Assembly (NCBI GenBank): GCA_038496445.1
Contig: JALMLS010000520.1
Location: 124,001-188,000 of the forward strand
DNA: 64,000 nucleotides
Source of the DNA: Trichosphaerium sp. ATCC 40318
Lineage: Eukaryota > Protista > Tubulinea
Reading direction: 5' to 3'
Below the pieces are notes generated by a model that was given only the letters and a program-made list of their open reading frames with translations, ran no database searches and had not been told where the DNA came from. Of this stretch, positions 39,101 through 50,900 are shown in pieces. The translations under genes and the position numbers were made by a program. Every line of letters begins with the position of its first letter. Position 1 is the first letter of the stretch.

Positions 39101-40612
39101 GCTAATGCTGGATCTCCTGATTGGAGTAGCTTTACTACCCTTCAGTTTAGGTTCTTCAGACGATCTGCTATTACTGCAGGTGAGTTTTGGTTCTTTGATA
39201 AACAAACAAAACTGACTTGCATTTTAAGGTTCATGGACGTCAATAGGTATTGCCAATAAAAACAATTTGGATCTTCAAGGTAATATGTTCTTTACTTGGG
39301 ATACAACTGGAGTCAAAGATGATAAATATGATATTAAAGTTGAAGCTGTACGTGTCTAACTGTTTCAAAGTAGTAAACCAAAAGTGAATCATCTTGAAAC
39401 TGTTTTGCTATTAATCTCATCATCTGATTTATTTGTAGTTCTGTGGTGCGGGTACAGCAATCCCTAAATTATCAGGAAAGTTTGTGAGTATTGACAGAAC
39501 AACTCTTTCTACAGTTGCTGTAACACCACCAACAGGTACCCTTCTAAAAAAAAATAGTGGATATTAGCTTATTCGTTCTAAGGTGGTACTTGGTCAGTTG
39601 GAGGATTAGTATCTGTTCAATACAATAAGAACTTGGATTGTGAACTCTCAAAGACTCTTGGTAACATTGATGTTCGTGTAAAAGGTACAACTATTGTTGG
39701 ATAGCGAATATCCTTTATTTCTTACATCTTCAAATAAGGCACAACAAATAGACTTCCATGGCTTTTTGAATGCAGCAAAGATACAATCATTCTGCATCCT
39801 CAACTAGGAACAAATTGGCGCGCTATACAAGGAAGAGAGCTTTTTGCTCAGGTAACAAGAATGCAAGATTTTGTTGGAAAGCCTCAACTAAGCGCTGCTG
39901 CGTGGTCATTTTCTGTTGATAATATAACAAACCAAGGTACTTTCTAAGATACTCGTACAGGTAACCGCTTTATCATTCTAAAACGAATTTAGGAGCACCA
40001 GTTATTGAAATAACCATTTTCTTGAAACAATCAGCAATTGTAGATTTAGAACTGATGAAGAACGAGTTGGCTATGCTTTTCAACTTGTCAATCAGTAGTT
40101 TTACTCTTCATCAAAAAGACTTTACAGCAATCATAACGCTCGAGAGTAGTAAGCTCAATGGACAAGGTTCTGATATAATGACTGTATTCGATAGTATATC
40201 ACAAAAGATAATGAGCAACCAAACACAGACATTGAGGTACAGGCAACTATATTCTTTCTTTATTATCTTTATTTTCTTCTTTTCTCAAACAACTGATTTA
40301 TCTTTTAGCTTAATTACTGGTGTTAATGCTGATGCAACGCCAACATGGCGTATGAGAAATTCTTATGTAGGTCCTGGTTCCACAGGAGGATCATCTTCAA
40401 GCGTTGGTATCATTGTTGGAGCAGTAGCCGGTATTTGTATTCTGATTGTTATTATCATTGCTGTTGTTGTCATTGTTCTTTTGATAAGAAGGAGAGGTGG
40501 TCTAGGATCTAACACTAATATTGGCCCTTCTGAAACTACAGGTGGTAATACCGCTACAGGTGGTAACGTGAGTGTACTTAGGACTTCAGCTTACGATAAA
40601 CTTGCTAAATAG
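33129..40612 (+). CDS. Very large multi-exon type I membrane/surface protein, copy B (inverted paralog of 23020-30612)
   Basis: ATG 33129. ORFs 33984-34325, 35334-35636, 36120-36485 and 38180-38392 are nearly identical to minus-strand ORFs 29368-29709, 28043-28345, 27196-27561 and 25285-25500. TM VGIIVGAVAGICILIVIIIAVVVIVLLI-RRR; stop at 40612. Confidence 0.8.
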
Positions 40613-41210
40613 CGTGCTTTGTGCATATTAATGCAAATAAACTAGCAACCAATGGTTGCCTCTTTGAAATATAAACTTGACGTGTATCTAGTGCGATTAG
40701 CACCAAGTACAAACAACGCCTTTGAATAGTGTAAAACGAAACTGCTGTTGATCAGCGATAGCAATTAACAGGTTCAATGTACTGTATTTTCCTTCTTATT
40801 TACACTTGTACACAACAATGCCACTTTTTTGAGAACCCTTCTTGTTTCCCATTGATACAATTGGATTATCATCCAACATTACCGCTCTTCCTCTCGTTTT
40901 TCATTAAAATAACTCCTCTCTTTTGCAGCCAGGGAAAAACTACCCGAGATTGCCAACAAGTGCCTTGTAATCTGCTTTTTTATACCATGAAGATAAGTGC
41001 ATTGATCTCTCAATTGCCCGTTTGCATGCCAACTCTTGTACTCTCCATTTAGTCTGCCAATGAGAAGATTGCCTGAGTCTAATAATTGGCCATTGTCATA
41101 CCACCTCTTGTACTCTCCTTGTAGTCTATCATATATGTAATTAGAGAGCTCACGCAACTGGCCATTGTCATACCACCTCTTGTATTCTCCATCTAGTTTA
41201 CCATTTGTAT

Positions 41211-43330
41211 CTCTTTCTACACCGAACAACGGAAATATCCGTTTTTTTAAAGATACAACTGTAAAAAATAAAAATTGTGACTTACCAGCGCTGAGTTGAA
41301 CTCCATTGATGCAGCAGTAGTATGTAACACTAGCAAAGACGTTTGTAGAGCATACATTCAGAATTTGAGCTTCCGTTTAAAGAAAATTTTTTTGACGGAC
41401 CTTAACCAAAAAGTCCACAAATCATCAAATGGAGCATGGAAACAGCACCTCCAGTAACACTACGGGCCCCTCCTTTGCTAGTTCAAGTGATGATGAAGAA
41501 GAAACAGAGAAAATTCCAATACAGTTTGAAAACACAAATCAAGTACTTATATAACGCTTTCTACGCACAAAAACGTAACTGAAGGAGTTTTAGGAGATTT
41601 CAGAAGAAAAAAAGTTCAAATACAAAAAACCAGGTCGGGAAGAGCGTAGCCATGTGTTGATTGATAAAGCATCCGGATTGAAGCCTTTGGATATGTTTTT
41701 GAGTTTTGTCAGTGAGCGGTATTGGAAAAAAATTGTTGTAGCCACCAATAATTATGCAAAAAAAAAGGTACATGCAACTTTGGAGTTTCACTAACACTAG
41801 TAGAAAGGAGTACAACTAGACTTGACACTGAAAGAACTAATGAGGTGGTTGGCAGCATCTATAATACTTGGTGCACATAGGATGGGTCCTAGAAAAGCAT
41901 GGCAAACAAACACTTGTTACGATATGCCAAAATTAAGACAGATCATGATTCGAAACCGCTATGAAGATATTGCACGTTGCTTACATTTACCTACCACTGG
42001 AACTAGTGATGCTGATCCATACCAAAAGATTAGAACTCTTGTTGATACATTTAGACATCAATGCATCAACAACTATCTACCACATGAAAAACTGGCATTA
42101 GACGAAGCCACTCCAGGATATGCAGGGAGAACAAAGCTGATTAAAAGAACCAAACATAAAAAGGTATCTTCCGGCTTTGACATTAAATGCGTGGTAGACT
42201 CTGAATCCAAGTACCTTGTTAATTTTTTGTTAAACAAAGAACCACATGTGTCTATTCAAGGGTTGACTCCAACAGCAAACAAAGCATATCACCTTATTTC
42301 ACAGCTTAAACAACATGGTCATGAAATTTTTATGGATAATCTGTATATGCGTCCTAGTTTAAAAGTAGCTGCCTATCAAATTGGACAATATTGCACAGGT
42401 ACATGGAGGAAAAATTATGGTGTACCAAAAGAGATTTATCGTACCAAAGAAAAAGGCAAAGAAGCCAAAGCAAAAGCAAGAGAAGTTATTCTATACAGTG
42501 CTGAACCATTAGATAATGTAACATTCATGGTTGGTCTTGGTCTTTATGACAAGCGCCCATTTTATTTTTTAACAACAGCATCATACGAGTTTGAAGAAGT
42601 TATTGGAGGCACACGACAAAAACTTAAACTTGATTGTATCCATGCTTACAACAACTACATGAATGGAGTAGATGTTTTTGATCAATACATGCAAGTAAGT
42701 GTTTACAGGCCAAGTGTTAAATGGTGGAAGCGCTTGTATGCTTGGATAATTGATGCTGCCATCATCAATTCATTCATTTTATACAAAAGTTGCCGTCGGA
42801 ATACTACCAAGTTGTCTGATTTTAAAACAACACTAGTTGATGAATTACTACAAAGGTACACATCTTTACTAGTTGATCAATTAATCAGTGTAGATTTGCG
42901 GAGTCTGATACTGATGAAGACAGCACACCAATAGTCAGTTTGAAAAAAAAAAAATATAAAACTACTACAAGTTTACCTGATTCTCGTCTAACTGCACAAC
43001 GCCACTTTCCTTCCAAAAACACTCGTAGATTGTGCATTGTGTGTAAATTAACCAAAGAAAAGGCTAAAGAAACACAATATTATTGTAAAAGCTGTAATGT
43101 GCCTCTGTGTGCTGCTCCATGTTTTATGTTGTTTCATACAAAAAAACATTGCAAATAAAAAATTTTTCCTATCATGACTATGTGCACAACTGAATTGTAG
43201 GTCAGCACTGCCTAACAGCATGTGTTTATACATCAGGGTACCTTTCATCCATTTTTTTGCAATTGGTGTTGTTAAATTTCAATTTTCAAAAAAACGGATA
43301 TATCCGTTTTTTACTCAGGGCAAGAAAGAG
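41211..43330 (+). mobile_element. Complete piggyBac-superfamily DNA transposon, 2,120 bp, imperfect TIRs, 2-bp AT target-site duplication
   Basis: Left end AT|CTCTTTCT..aacggaaatatccgttttttt; right end aaaaaaacggatatatccgtttttt..AGAAAGAG|AT. It encloses a full transposase gene and interrupts a reconstructable host ORF. Confidence 0.9.
41429..43158 (+). CDS. piggyBac-type (DDE_Tnp_1_7/PGBD-like) transposase with C-terminal Cys-rich domain, 4 exons
   Basis: ATG 41429. Introns at about 41543-41593, 41768-41803 and 42856-42893 keep the frame. Motifs PLDMFLSF..IVVATNNYA, catalytic LALDEA, IFMDNLY and YMNGVDVFDQ, KWWKRLYAWIIDAAIINSFILY, and C-terminal RRLCIVC..YYCKSCNVPLCAAPCFMLFH. Confidence 0.93.
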
Positions 43331-44117
43331 ATAGTTTGCACAAAGAGATAACAAGCCATTATTAAACCACTGTTTGTGCTCTCCATGTTTTATATCATGT
43401 TTCCAATGCTCTTGAACAACAATTTGGTTATTAGTTCTTCGCTTTTGCCATTTTCCATGCTTTTTCATCTCACAATCAAACCTTGTGTTCATCGCTGTCC
43501 TAGTAGAAAGAAGTGGATAAATTAAATACACATATCTGTCTAACTCGATGATATCAAGCTGAAGCTCAACTGGAAGGTATAATAGATGGCAATCATCAGC
43601 TTTTGCAGAAAATATGCGTTTATTGTTTGTTAGGAGATTCATTTTTCGAGACTATTTTTAAGTTGTAAATGGTGTGAAGGCACGTGTTAAATAGTAAATA
43701 TTTGGAACTTAACCTTAGCAATAAACTTAACGGTAGACAGTTATCATTCTGTGTAGCAGATAGTATCAACTTTAAGCTGTATATGAACTGTTACGACTCT
43801 AGCTTCATTTTGAGGTAAAAGTCTTTTTTTTTTGAAGTCTTGTGTTTTTGAGAATTAAGCACGTGTACTGACTTACGCAGTGGTCATTGACAATAATCCT
43901 GTAACTTCAAAACATTTGCTTTCAAGATTAATTAATAACGTGTTGTGATTGTTTCAGACGACGAAGCGTCATCTGAATACTAGTAGTTCCGCATATTGTA
44001 TCTATTGTACATAACTTATGCTGTATTTATTCAAGGCTTTTGTGTACATTACACCAGACTTTGCGAAAGTATACTGCCCTTATAGATTCGTATTAATCTT
44101 GGGAAAAAATGTATAGT

Positions 44118-45784
44118 CTATCCAGTGTAGCCAACATAATCATAATTTCTACACCTGAACTCAGATTTTGTTTCACGGCACTTCAAATACTCTTCTAAAA
44201 TTTTATGTGTGATTTTAGTTGCATTAATCATAGATAATCCTGCATGCCCAACAGGATCACCTTTACCAACGTTAATCTCATATCGTGATTTGTGTACAAT
44301 ATGCCTCAGCTTTATATCCTTGAATAAAAAGATTAGAAGAAAATAGTTAGTAAAACACGTGAAAAAAAATAAAAGTCAAAGTCATGTAAGTACAGGAAGC
44401 TTTTTCATTCTGTCGCTTGGTTCATAATTCTTTGTTATCCATTCATCTCCATACCTAAATGAATATCAGTACCCAAATAATAATTTCAATATCACCACAA
44501 TGGTTCAAAAAAAAAGAAAAAAAACGCAAAAAAGGCATACCAATTTGGGAACGCTCTTGGCCAGTGATAGCCATAAATATGTATATGTGTTCGATGTGTG
44601 AAATCGTATGTGAGTATATTGGTGTTACCAGTGGCATGTTTAGGTCCAACAACACCTATACGATCCATCCTATTCAACACAGAAATGAACCTACAAAACA
44701 GTGTTATCAACATTTTTAACAGTACTCTTTTTCTTGTTTACCTTTCAGTCCAGTTTGCCGATATATACTGTGTGTCATCGTTCACTCTATAAAACCACTT
44801 AACACCATCTCTATGTGCAGTCATCACAGCATCATTATGTGCCCAACTAAACAGTTGATAAGCTCACAAAATTAAACTACAGCTAAGCACACAAAAACAA
44901 CCTCCCTTAATTAAGAAAAGGTAAACTTGGTTGCTGGTTTGTTTACTTATTGCATACGCTGAGTGTTTTTTATATGGCAAGATCGTCCAAGTAACATAAG
45001 CCATGTTTGCATCAGTTTTCTCAGCCCATGCTCTGATAAACTCCACAACAGCTTTCTGACCATCTCTATTCGCATAGAAAGGGTCTATACTATCAACACC
45101 AAAGTAGAGACAGTATCTATAACCAGGAGATAATGTAGGAGAAAGCGTGGGAAAGAAATCCTGCGAAGAAAAAAAGAATCAGCTCCAAGTTTCTCAACTT
45201 TCAACACGTGCTTCAACACTGCATTGATCACTCGTACCTTTATCAAATGCACTTCATGAAGCGCTCCTATATCGAGTTTATCTCCAGCAGATGATAGTGC
45301 AGTTGTTATAGCCACGTCACAAACACCATCGTTGTTTCTTATCGGATACGTTATAACATCAGTTTGGCCATCAATGAAAATATTGATTTGCTCCATGTTG
45401 TACGGAGACGACGATGTAGGCGCTAAGTATCGTTTTGGATAAGTTTTAGTAGGTCTACAAAGGAAATTAGTACGTCTTTAGACGTCATTTATAATCACGT
45501 GCTGTGGCTTTGTGGTCGTAATGTCAGGAACGACTATTGTCTTAGAAGTCTCTTCTGATACATCAATTCGTGCCTGAAGCGCTCCATTAAATTAAATTGT
45601 ATTACTTAGGCGTATACGCGTACTGGAGCTGATCCGCGGAAGGATATACCAAATACAAGAATAGTTGTTAGTAAACAAAATCCAACAACGAGACCTATTT
45701 GCTGCTGAGATAACGCTAGCGGTTTGGGTTTACTAGTGGGTAAAGAGTTAAAAAAACTACAGAAAAAAATACAATAATACCCAT
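44118..45784 (-). CDS. Type II membrane glycosyltransferase (GT-A fold, GT2-like), multi-exon
   Basis: N-terminal TM (IGLVVGFCLLTTILVFGI) and Pro/Thr stem. WFYRVNDDT is DxD-like, followed by IGVVGPKHATGNTNILTYDFTHRTHIHIYGYHWPRAFPNWYGDEWITKNY. Confidence 0.75.
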
Positions 45785-46312
45785 AGCGTTTAATTCACGC
45801 GTATGGGAGCAGTATTAATCGATAATCACGTGATTTGGGGAAAGCCACGTTGTTAACCCCAAAAAAGCTATAAACCCATACCTATCCATAGTGAACGTAT
45901 GTATACCAAGCACAGGTGGCACAGGATAACTTTTATAGTATTCTGAAGAATTTGGCTAAGTCTTCGTAAAAAGGCTCTGGGAAAATGTGAGACAAACTTC
46001 AGAGTTACTTCGAATGTCGCGATAAGCTAATTTCAATGTCTATTACTCTTAAGACAGTAACAAAGTAAAGTAACATTGAAGTGAGGTTAAGTTCGTTTCA
46101 AGTACTAGAGGATTCACTGGGGAACACAGTGTTGGGCTAATGATCAAGTATTTTGAACATTGTGTTTGCACAAACTCTAAATGACACTGTCTTATACCCG
46201 TATCGAATTTTACTTACGACCGGGATTTCAGTAGCAATAGCAGGTAAACAAAGAGTAATAATGGTATTATTAAACAGATAATAAGTTGTGAAAGTAAACA
46301 TACGTTTATTGC

Positions 46313-47414
46313 TTACGCGATATTCACGTCTCTGGTGAGATCAATGATTGTTTGACCATCTGGGAAGCAGTCAAGACAGTCGCTCGTTGTAGCATTCAAT
46401 GCTCCCAATGAACCAACCTTGAAGACGTTCAATTGAGTCATAGGGAATTTGAAGCTAGTAACACCGTTACAGATCCATGCGTTTTGCAATTTTTGCTCCT
46501 GCATTAGTTTCTTGAAAAACCCGAGATCAGGGTCACTAGGGATAGTTGTACCAGCAATATCGCCTTTAATATTGGGGAAGAAAGGATGAAGGTGAAGAAA
46601 TGATGTGAAAGTGTATCCAGAGTTAAGATCTGCGTTAACTGCGTTGGTAATCTGAGACGTTGGTGATACGCCAGAATCAGGTCCAAGTTGTAGGTAAATA
46701 CGCCAATCGTTACTCTAGAAAAGAGGTAAGTAACCGTATAGAATTGTAGATAAACTATTCTATGTAAACACGTGACGCAAGCACAGATCATTGGCGTTGC
46801 TTGAATGCTCGGTATTGGTTTACTTCAAAATGTTGTGAAATAAACATCACGTGCCTTTTGAAGAATCCACGCTCCATACTCAGACGAAGTAGTTTGCATT
46901 GGATATTTCTCATTTTGTATGTTGAACAATAGATATTCCATGCACGTGATATTGGAAAGTGTACCTACTTTTCCATCCAAAATAACATCAAAATTGTGAG
47001 TCGAAAATCCAGCTCCAGCGAAGATTTTACGTTGTCTCTGTTTAGCTGTAGTTAGCTTTGTTGATGTTATGCAGTTTTACGTACTTCCAGAAGAGCTCTT
47101 TGGTCGAGTGGGTTTACAACTGATGAAAACGTCTTTAGTAGCCAATTCATCCAGTTATTGTAAGAGCTTGGCGGTGCTGGAGGGCTCAGCTTTGTTGAGA
47201 GAATAGCAGGGCTAAAACAGAAATAAAAATAAAAAGTAAAAAGGAGATAAAACGAGGTTTTAGACTCAATCACGTGCGTGTTTGGTTGATCAATTTTGTA
47301 AAGGACATTTTTGCCAACAGTGTTCCATACTTTTGGCTGAGTCTGCCACTGGCACTGAGATGCAGCGTGCGCGATAAAGCAGCAAAACAGAATAAAAGCA
47401 ACTTGAACTTTCAT
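46313..47414 (-). CDS. Secreted protein with JAB/MPN-like HxH..PSxxD metal-binding motif, multi-exon
   Basis: Signal peptide MKVQVAFILFCCFIAHAAS. Spliced SEYGAWILQK/SNDWRIY..SFLHLHPFFPNIKGDIAGTTIPSDPDLGFF..AWICNGVTSFKF; two introns use GC donors. Confidence 0.65.
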
Positions 47415-47925
47415 TTTCAACACTGTTTTTATTTTATTTTTGACCAAAACCGACTTTTTTGACTTGTGGCACTCTACAGATAAAAGAGTTTAGTAGCACG
47501 CTTTGAGGCATACAAATGATAGTACGTGAATAAAAGCTATGCTGGAGTGGACAAGCAGTTATTCATAAGTAATTTAGCTTTCAATTCTTGTTTGTTAAAA
47601 AACCACTTCGGTATCCTGTTCATCTCTACTGTTATGTATTATACCGTCGAGACCAGCTCGTCGTATTAGTGTGTTATTCAAAAGGATGAAGCTACATAAT
47701 AGCCTAGTATTTTTGAGTACGCAGTTCACTTGCAAAGTAATTGCTAGCTCCAAAAACTCAACCTTTATATCTACATGAAGCTGGTTTATTACCTAATTTT
47801 GACCAAACGCTCTTGTTGGATTAATAAAGACTCATATTAACTTAATTCTTAACCACTAACTAAGAGCTCTTTTATTCCTGACTAACTATTTTAGTGTAGG
47901 TATTACACGTTTTGAAGTTTTAATT

Positions 47926-50900
47926 TCAAAAATAAGCGCTACAAAATAGGTAGAAAAAAATCAGAAAGATAACACCCGCAGCAATTCGGCACAGGCATTT
48001 GGCGCCTTTCTTTTCTTGCTTCAGCTTCTTAAATTCTGCCTCTAGGGATTTGGCATCTTTCTTTTCTTGCTTTAGCTTCTCGACTTCTGCTTCTAGGGAT
48101 TTGACATCTTTCTTTTCTTGCTTCAGCTTCTTGACTTCTGCTTCTAGAGATTTGTTTTCTTGCTTTAGGTTCTCAACTTCTGCTTCTAGGAATTTGGCAT
48201 CTTCCTTTTCTTGCTTTAGCTTCTTGACTTCTGCTTCTAGTAATTTGGCATCTTTCTTTTCTTGCTTCAGCTTCTTCTTGATTTCTGCTCCTAGGGATTG
48301 TACTAACTTATCTGGTCTGCTTGGTTGCATAGGTTGGTTTGGTTTTGCAGCTGCCCACAATTGCCTTTGTGGAGTAAATTAGTATGCTAATTTGTGCCAA
48401 ATGTGGTACCGTTTAGTTTGGAAAGGCTCATCTGACAACTCATCAGATTCACTAGCATCTTCCTGGTTTGAAAGCCCTTTGATTTTAGCTTGTTGTTTTA
48501 TGCTTGTGGTAATCGTTGCCTTATTTAGCTTTTGGCTCGATTTTTTCTTTGCTGATTTACTTTTTTTCTGTACTGGTTTCTCTACAACCGTAATAACATA
48601 TCGTGCTACCGCTTGAACATCTAAATCAACAATAAACACCTTTAAAAATCACTTAAGACTACTACCTTGACCCACAACTAACTCATCATATTGATATTTA
48701 TCAATCTTTCCTTTTACTGCTTTTGACTTGTGATTTACCACTGCGTAATGACTTTGGTAGCCTGGTTTAATAGATTTGCCCTCAAAATTGATTGTGTCTC
48801 CGGGGTTTTCTATTACCTAGTACTGCTGTAACTAAAATGCAAGGCTGTATATAACTATATTTTCATACAGGATATACATTTCCAGGTGTAACTAGACTAA
48901 GGATGAGTGTTTTTTCACCTTGAGAGCTGTCATATTTGCAAGCATATTTGATACTGCTCTATTGTATTTTTGAGAAGAAAAAAACCAATGCGTAAATAGT
49001 ACTGTAAAGTAGATCCCTTGTCCAAAATATCCAGCATCTAATCCACATACAGTTCCAAAACCAGCTTTTACAATACTTTCAGCTGCCTTTCGGCTTGTTC
49101 CATGTACCATTAACACAACAGGTAACTAACACAATTGGTTTGTAAGGATAACAAGTAAGCAATAGTACCTCTGAAGTTGAACTGCTAAGTGTGGGTAAAG
49201 ACGAAAACCTGTCGATAATACTTTTCCTTTGAGTTCTATCCCAATCTTTTTTACAAAACAAATCAGGTAGTTCTCTAAATATGATAAGTAGTGATTTTAA
49301 TACTGAAACGTACTGGTGCCTATGGTTAAGTATTTTATTGTTCATTCCAAAGGATCGAAGTAAGACGTCATTGCAAACGAGATGTGCTGATACAACTTTG
49401 ACTTGATTGTATCCATGCATTTTTGACATTTGGTTACGAAGCAGCTCCAATTCTCTTTTGGCCACAGTGTCATTCTCATCAAAAAGGTTCAATGTTCTGA
49501 AATGAGTTGCTTTTTCAATAAAACCTCTTTAATTGTATTAGCACAAATTTAAAGACATGAACCTTAACTCGCTTTTAGATCTATCCCAACTACATGCATA
49601 GTTCAATCGTGGGTTTAAATTCCAAGAGGGTTCAGCCGTCAATCCTTATCCACAAGTTTAAAGGCTGCAAATTTATGTAACTTGTACCTGCTAAAGTATC
49701 ACTTAATACTTTATTTGGTGTGAATGACTCAATAACGTATTTGTTACTGACGACATAACTAGATCTGTTACTGACGACATAACTAGATCTGTTACTGACG
49801 ACATAACTAGATCGCTACACAAGTTAAAAGGTTGATGGTGCTATCGGATGTACCCTTTGTGCTGATAGAGTGCGATATGACCTGTCGAATTTAGCACAAT
49901 AAATACATAATTGTCTACCACCACCTGTACAAAAAGTAAACAACGTGGCTTACAAAACACATACATAGTTTTGAATTGCGAATTGAGTTCAAACACCATC
50001 CTTCTTTCGCACACAATTGAGGAATGTCAGCTTGTTTTTTAGTTCTCCACATATCGTCTGGTATATCGTACAGAATACCTTCCATTAGGTTTCCTTGTTG
50101 ACTCCAAAAACTCTATTAATGAAATAGTTAGCAATGTAATTATTGAAAGTATACTTTACCGAAGATTGCACAAACATGGGATTGTAAGTACAAATAAGTG
50201 TACAAATACCAGTTTGCATTGCAACATTAAAATAAGAACGTGTTGGCTTAAGTACGATTAGTTGACAGTTTTGAAATAACAGGCCAGCATGTACCAAGCG
50301 CTGCAACCATATTGCAAGATTGCGTCTCCATTTTGGGTTATCTACCATTGCACATGATAGCCATAGTTTGCGACTGTGTTGCTGATTGGTTGGAAAATGG
50401 GACAAAACAGTACCAAATATCTTGACATAAGCAGGAACATCATCAACCACCTTCATCAAGATTGTTTTAAACCCAAAATGTTTTTGTCTAATTGATGAGA
50501 ACTGTTTGTCATTTGTTAAAACGCAAATTGATGAGACGTGTTTATGTTGTACTAATAAAAGAGTTACGGAAGTTGTATTGTGGTTGTAATGTAGATTCAC
50601 CTGCATAATTTAAAGGTGTCATTCCTTTATTGTCTCTTGTTTCAGCATTTGCATGTAATGTAATTAAATGCTCAACAATTTTGTCATAATCGTTCATAGC
50701 TAGTTTGTGTAAATTGTATTTTCAATATACGTGTATAGGACCAGCAATTATAAGTATATTCACTGTATACTTATGACTGTACCTGCAAGGTGTAAAGCTG
50801 TCGTTCCATTATTATCTGTAGCATTGACATTTGCGCCTGCACTTGTCAATAATTTAACAATATCAGTGTATCCCACCATTGCTGTGAAGTGTAAGTAACA

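Larger units (their letters stand above)
23020..40612. repeat. ~7.5-kb-arm inverted (head-to-head) gene duplication with a 2.5-kb spacer
   Basis: The reverse complement of about 24060-30000 matches about 33690-39640 at very high identity. The arm ends are more diverged. Confidence 0.95.
40879..43642 (-). pseudogene. F-box + MORN-variant repeat gene disrupted by the transposon
   Basis: The 5' half (43642-43331; LLYLPVELQLDII..GLLSLCANY) joins in frame to the 3' half (41208-40879; TNGKLDGEYKRWYDNGQL) once the element and one AT are removed. More out-of-frame MORN remnants lie near 40800-40870. Clear paralog of 55210-56013. Confidence 0.85.

Noticed and set aside
23020-40612. Inverted arms as the TIRs of a giant transposon (Polinton/foldback)
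   Set aside because: The arms are intron-rich paralogous genes whose outer ends are the most diverged parts; no integrase, polB or TSD is seen.
42934-42940. Transposase as a frameshifted pseudogene (ORF track splits it at 42934/42940)
   Set aside because: A GT-AG intron at about 42856-42893 joins the two ORFs in frame.
49742-49813. CRISPR-like array from the 24-bp repeats
   Set aside because: The repeats are contiguous with no spacers, lie in frame in a eukaryotic exon, and have no cas genes nearby.
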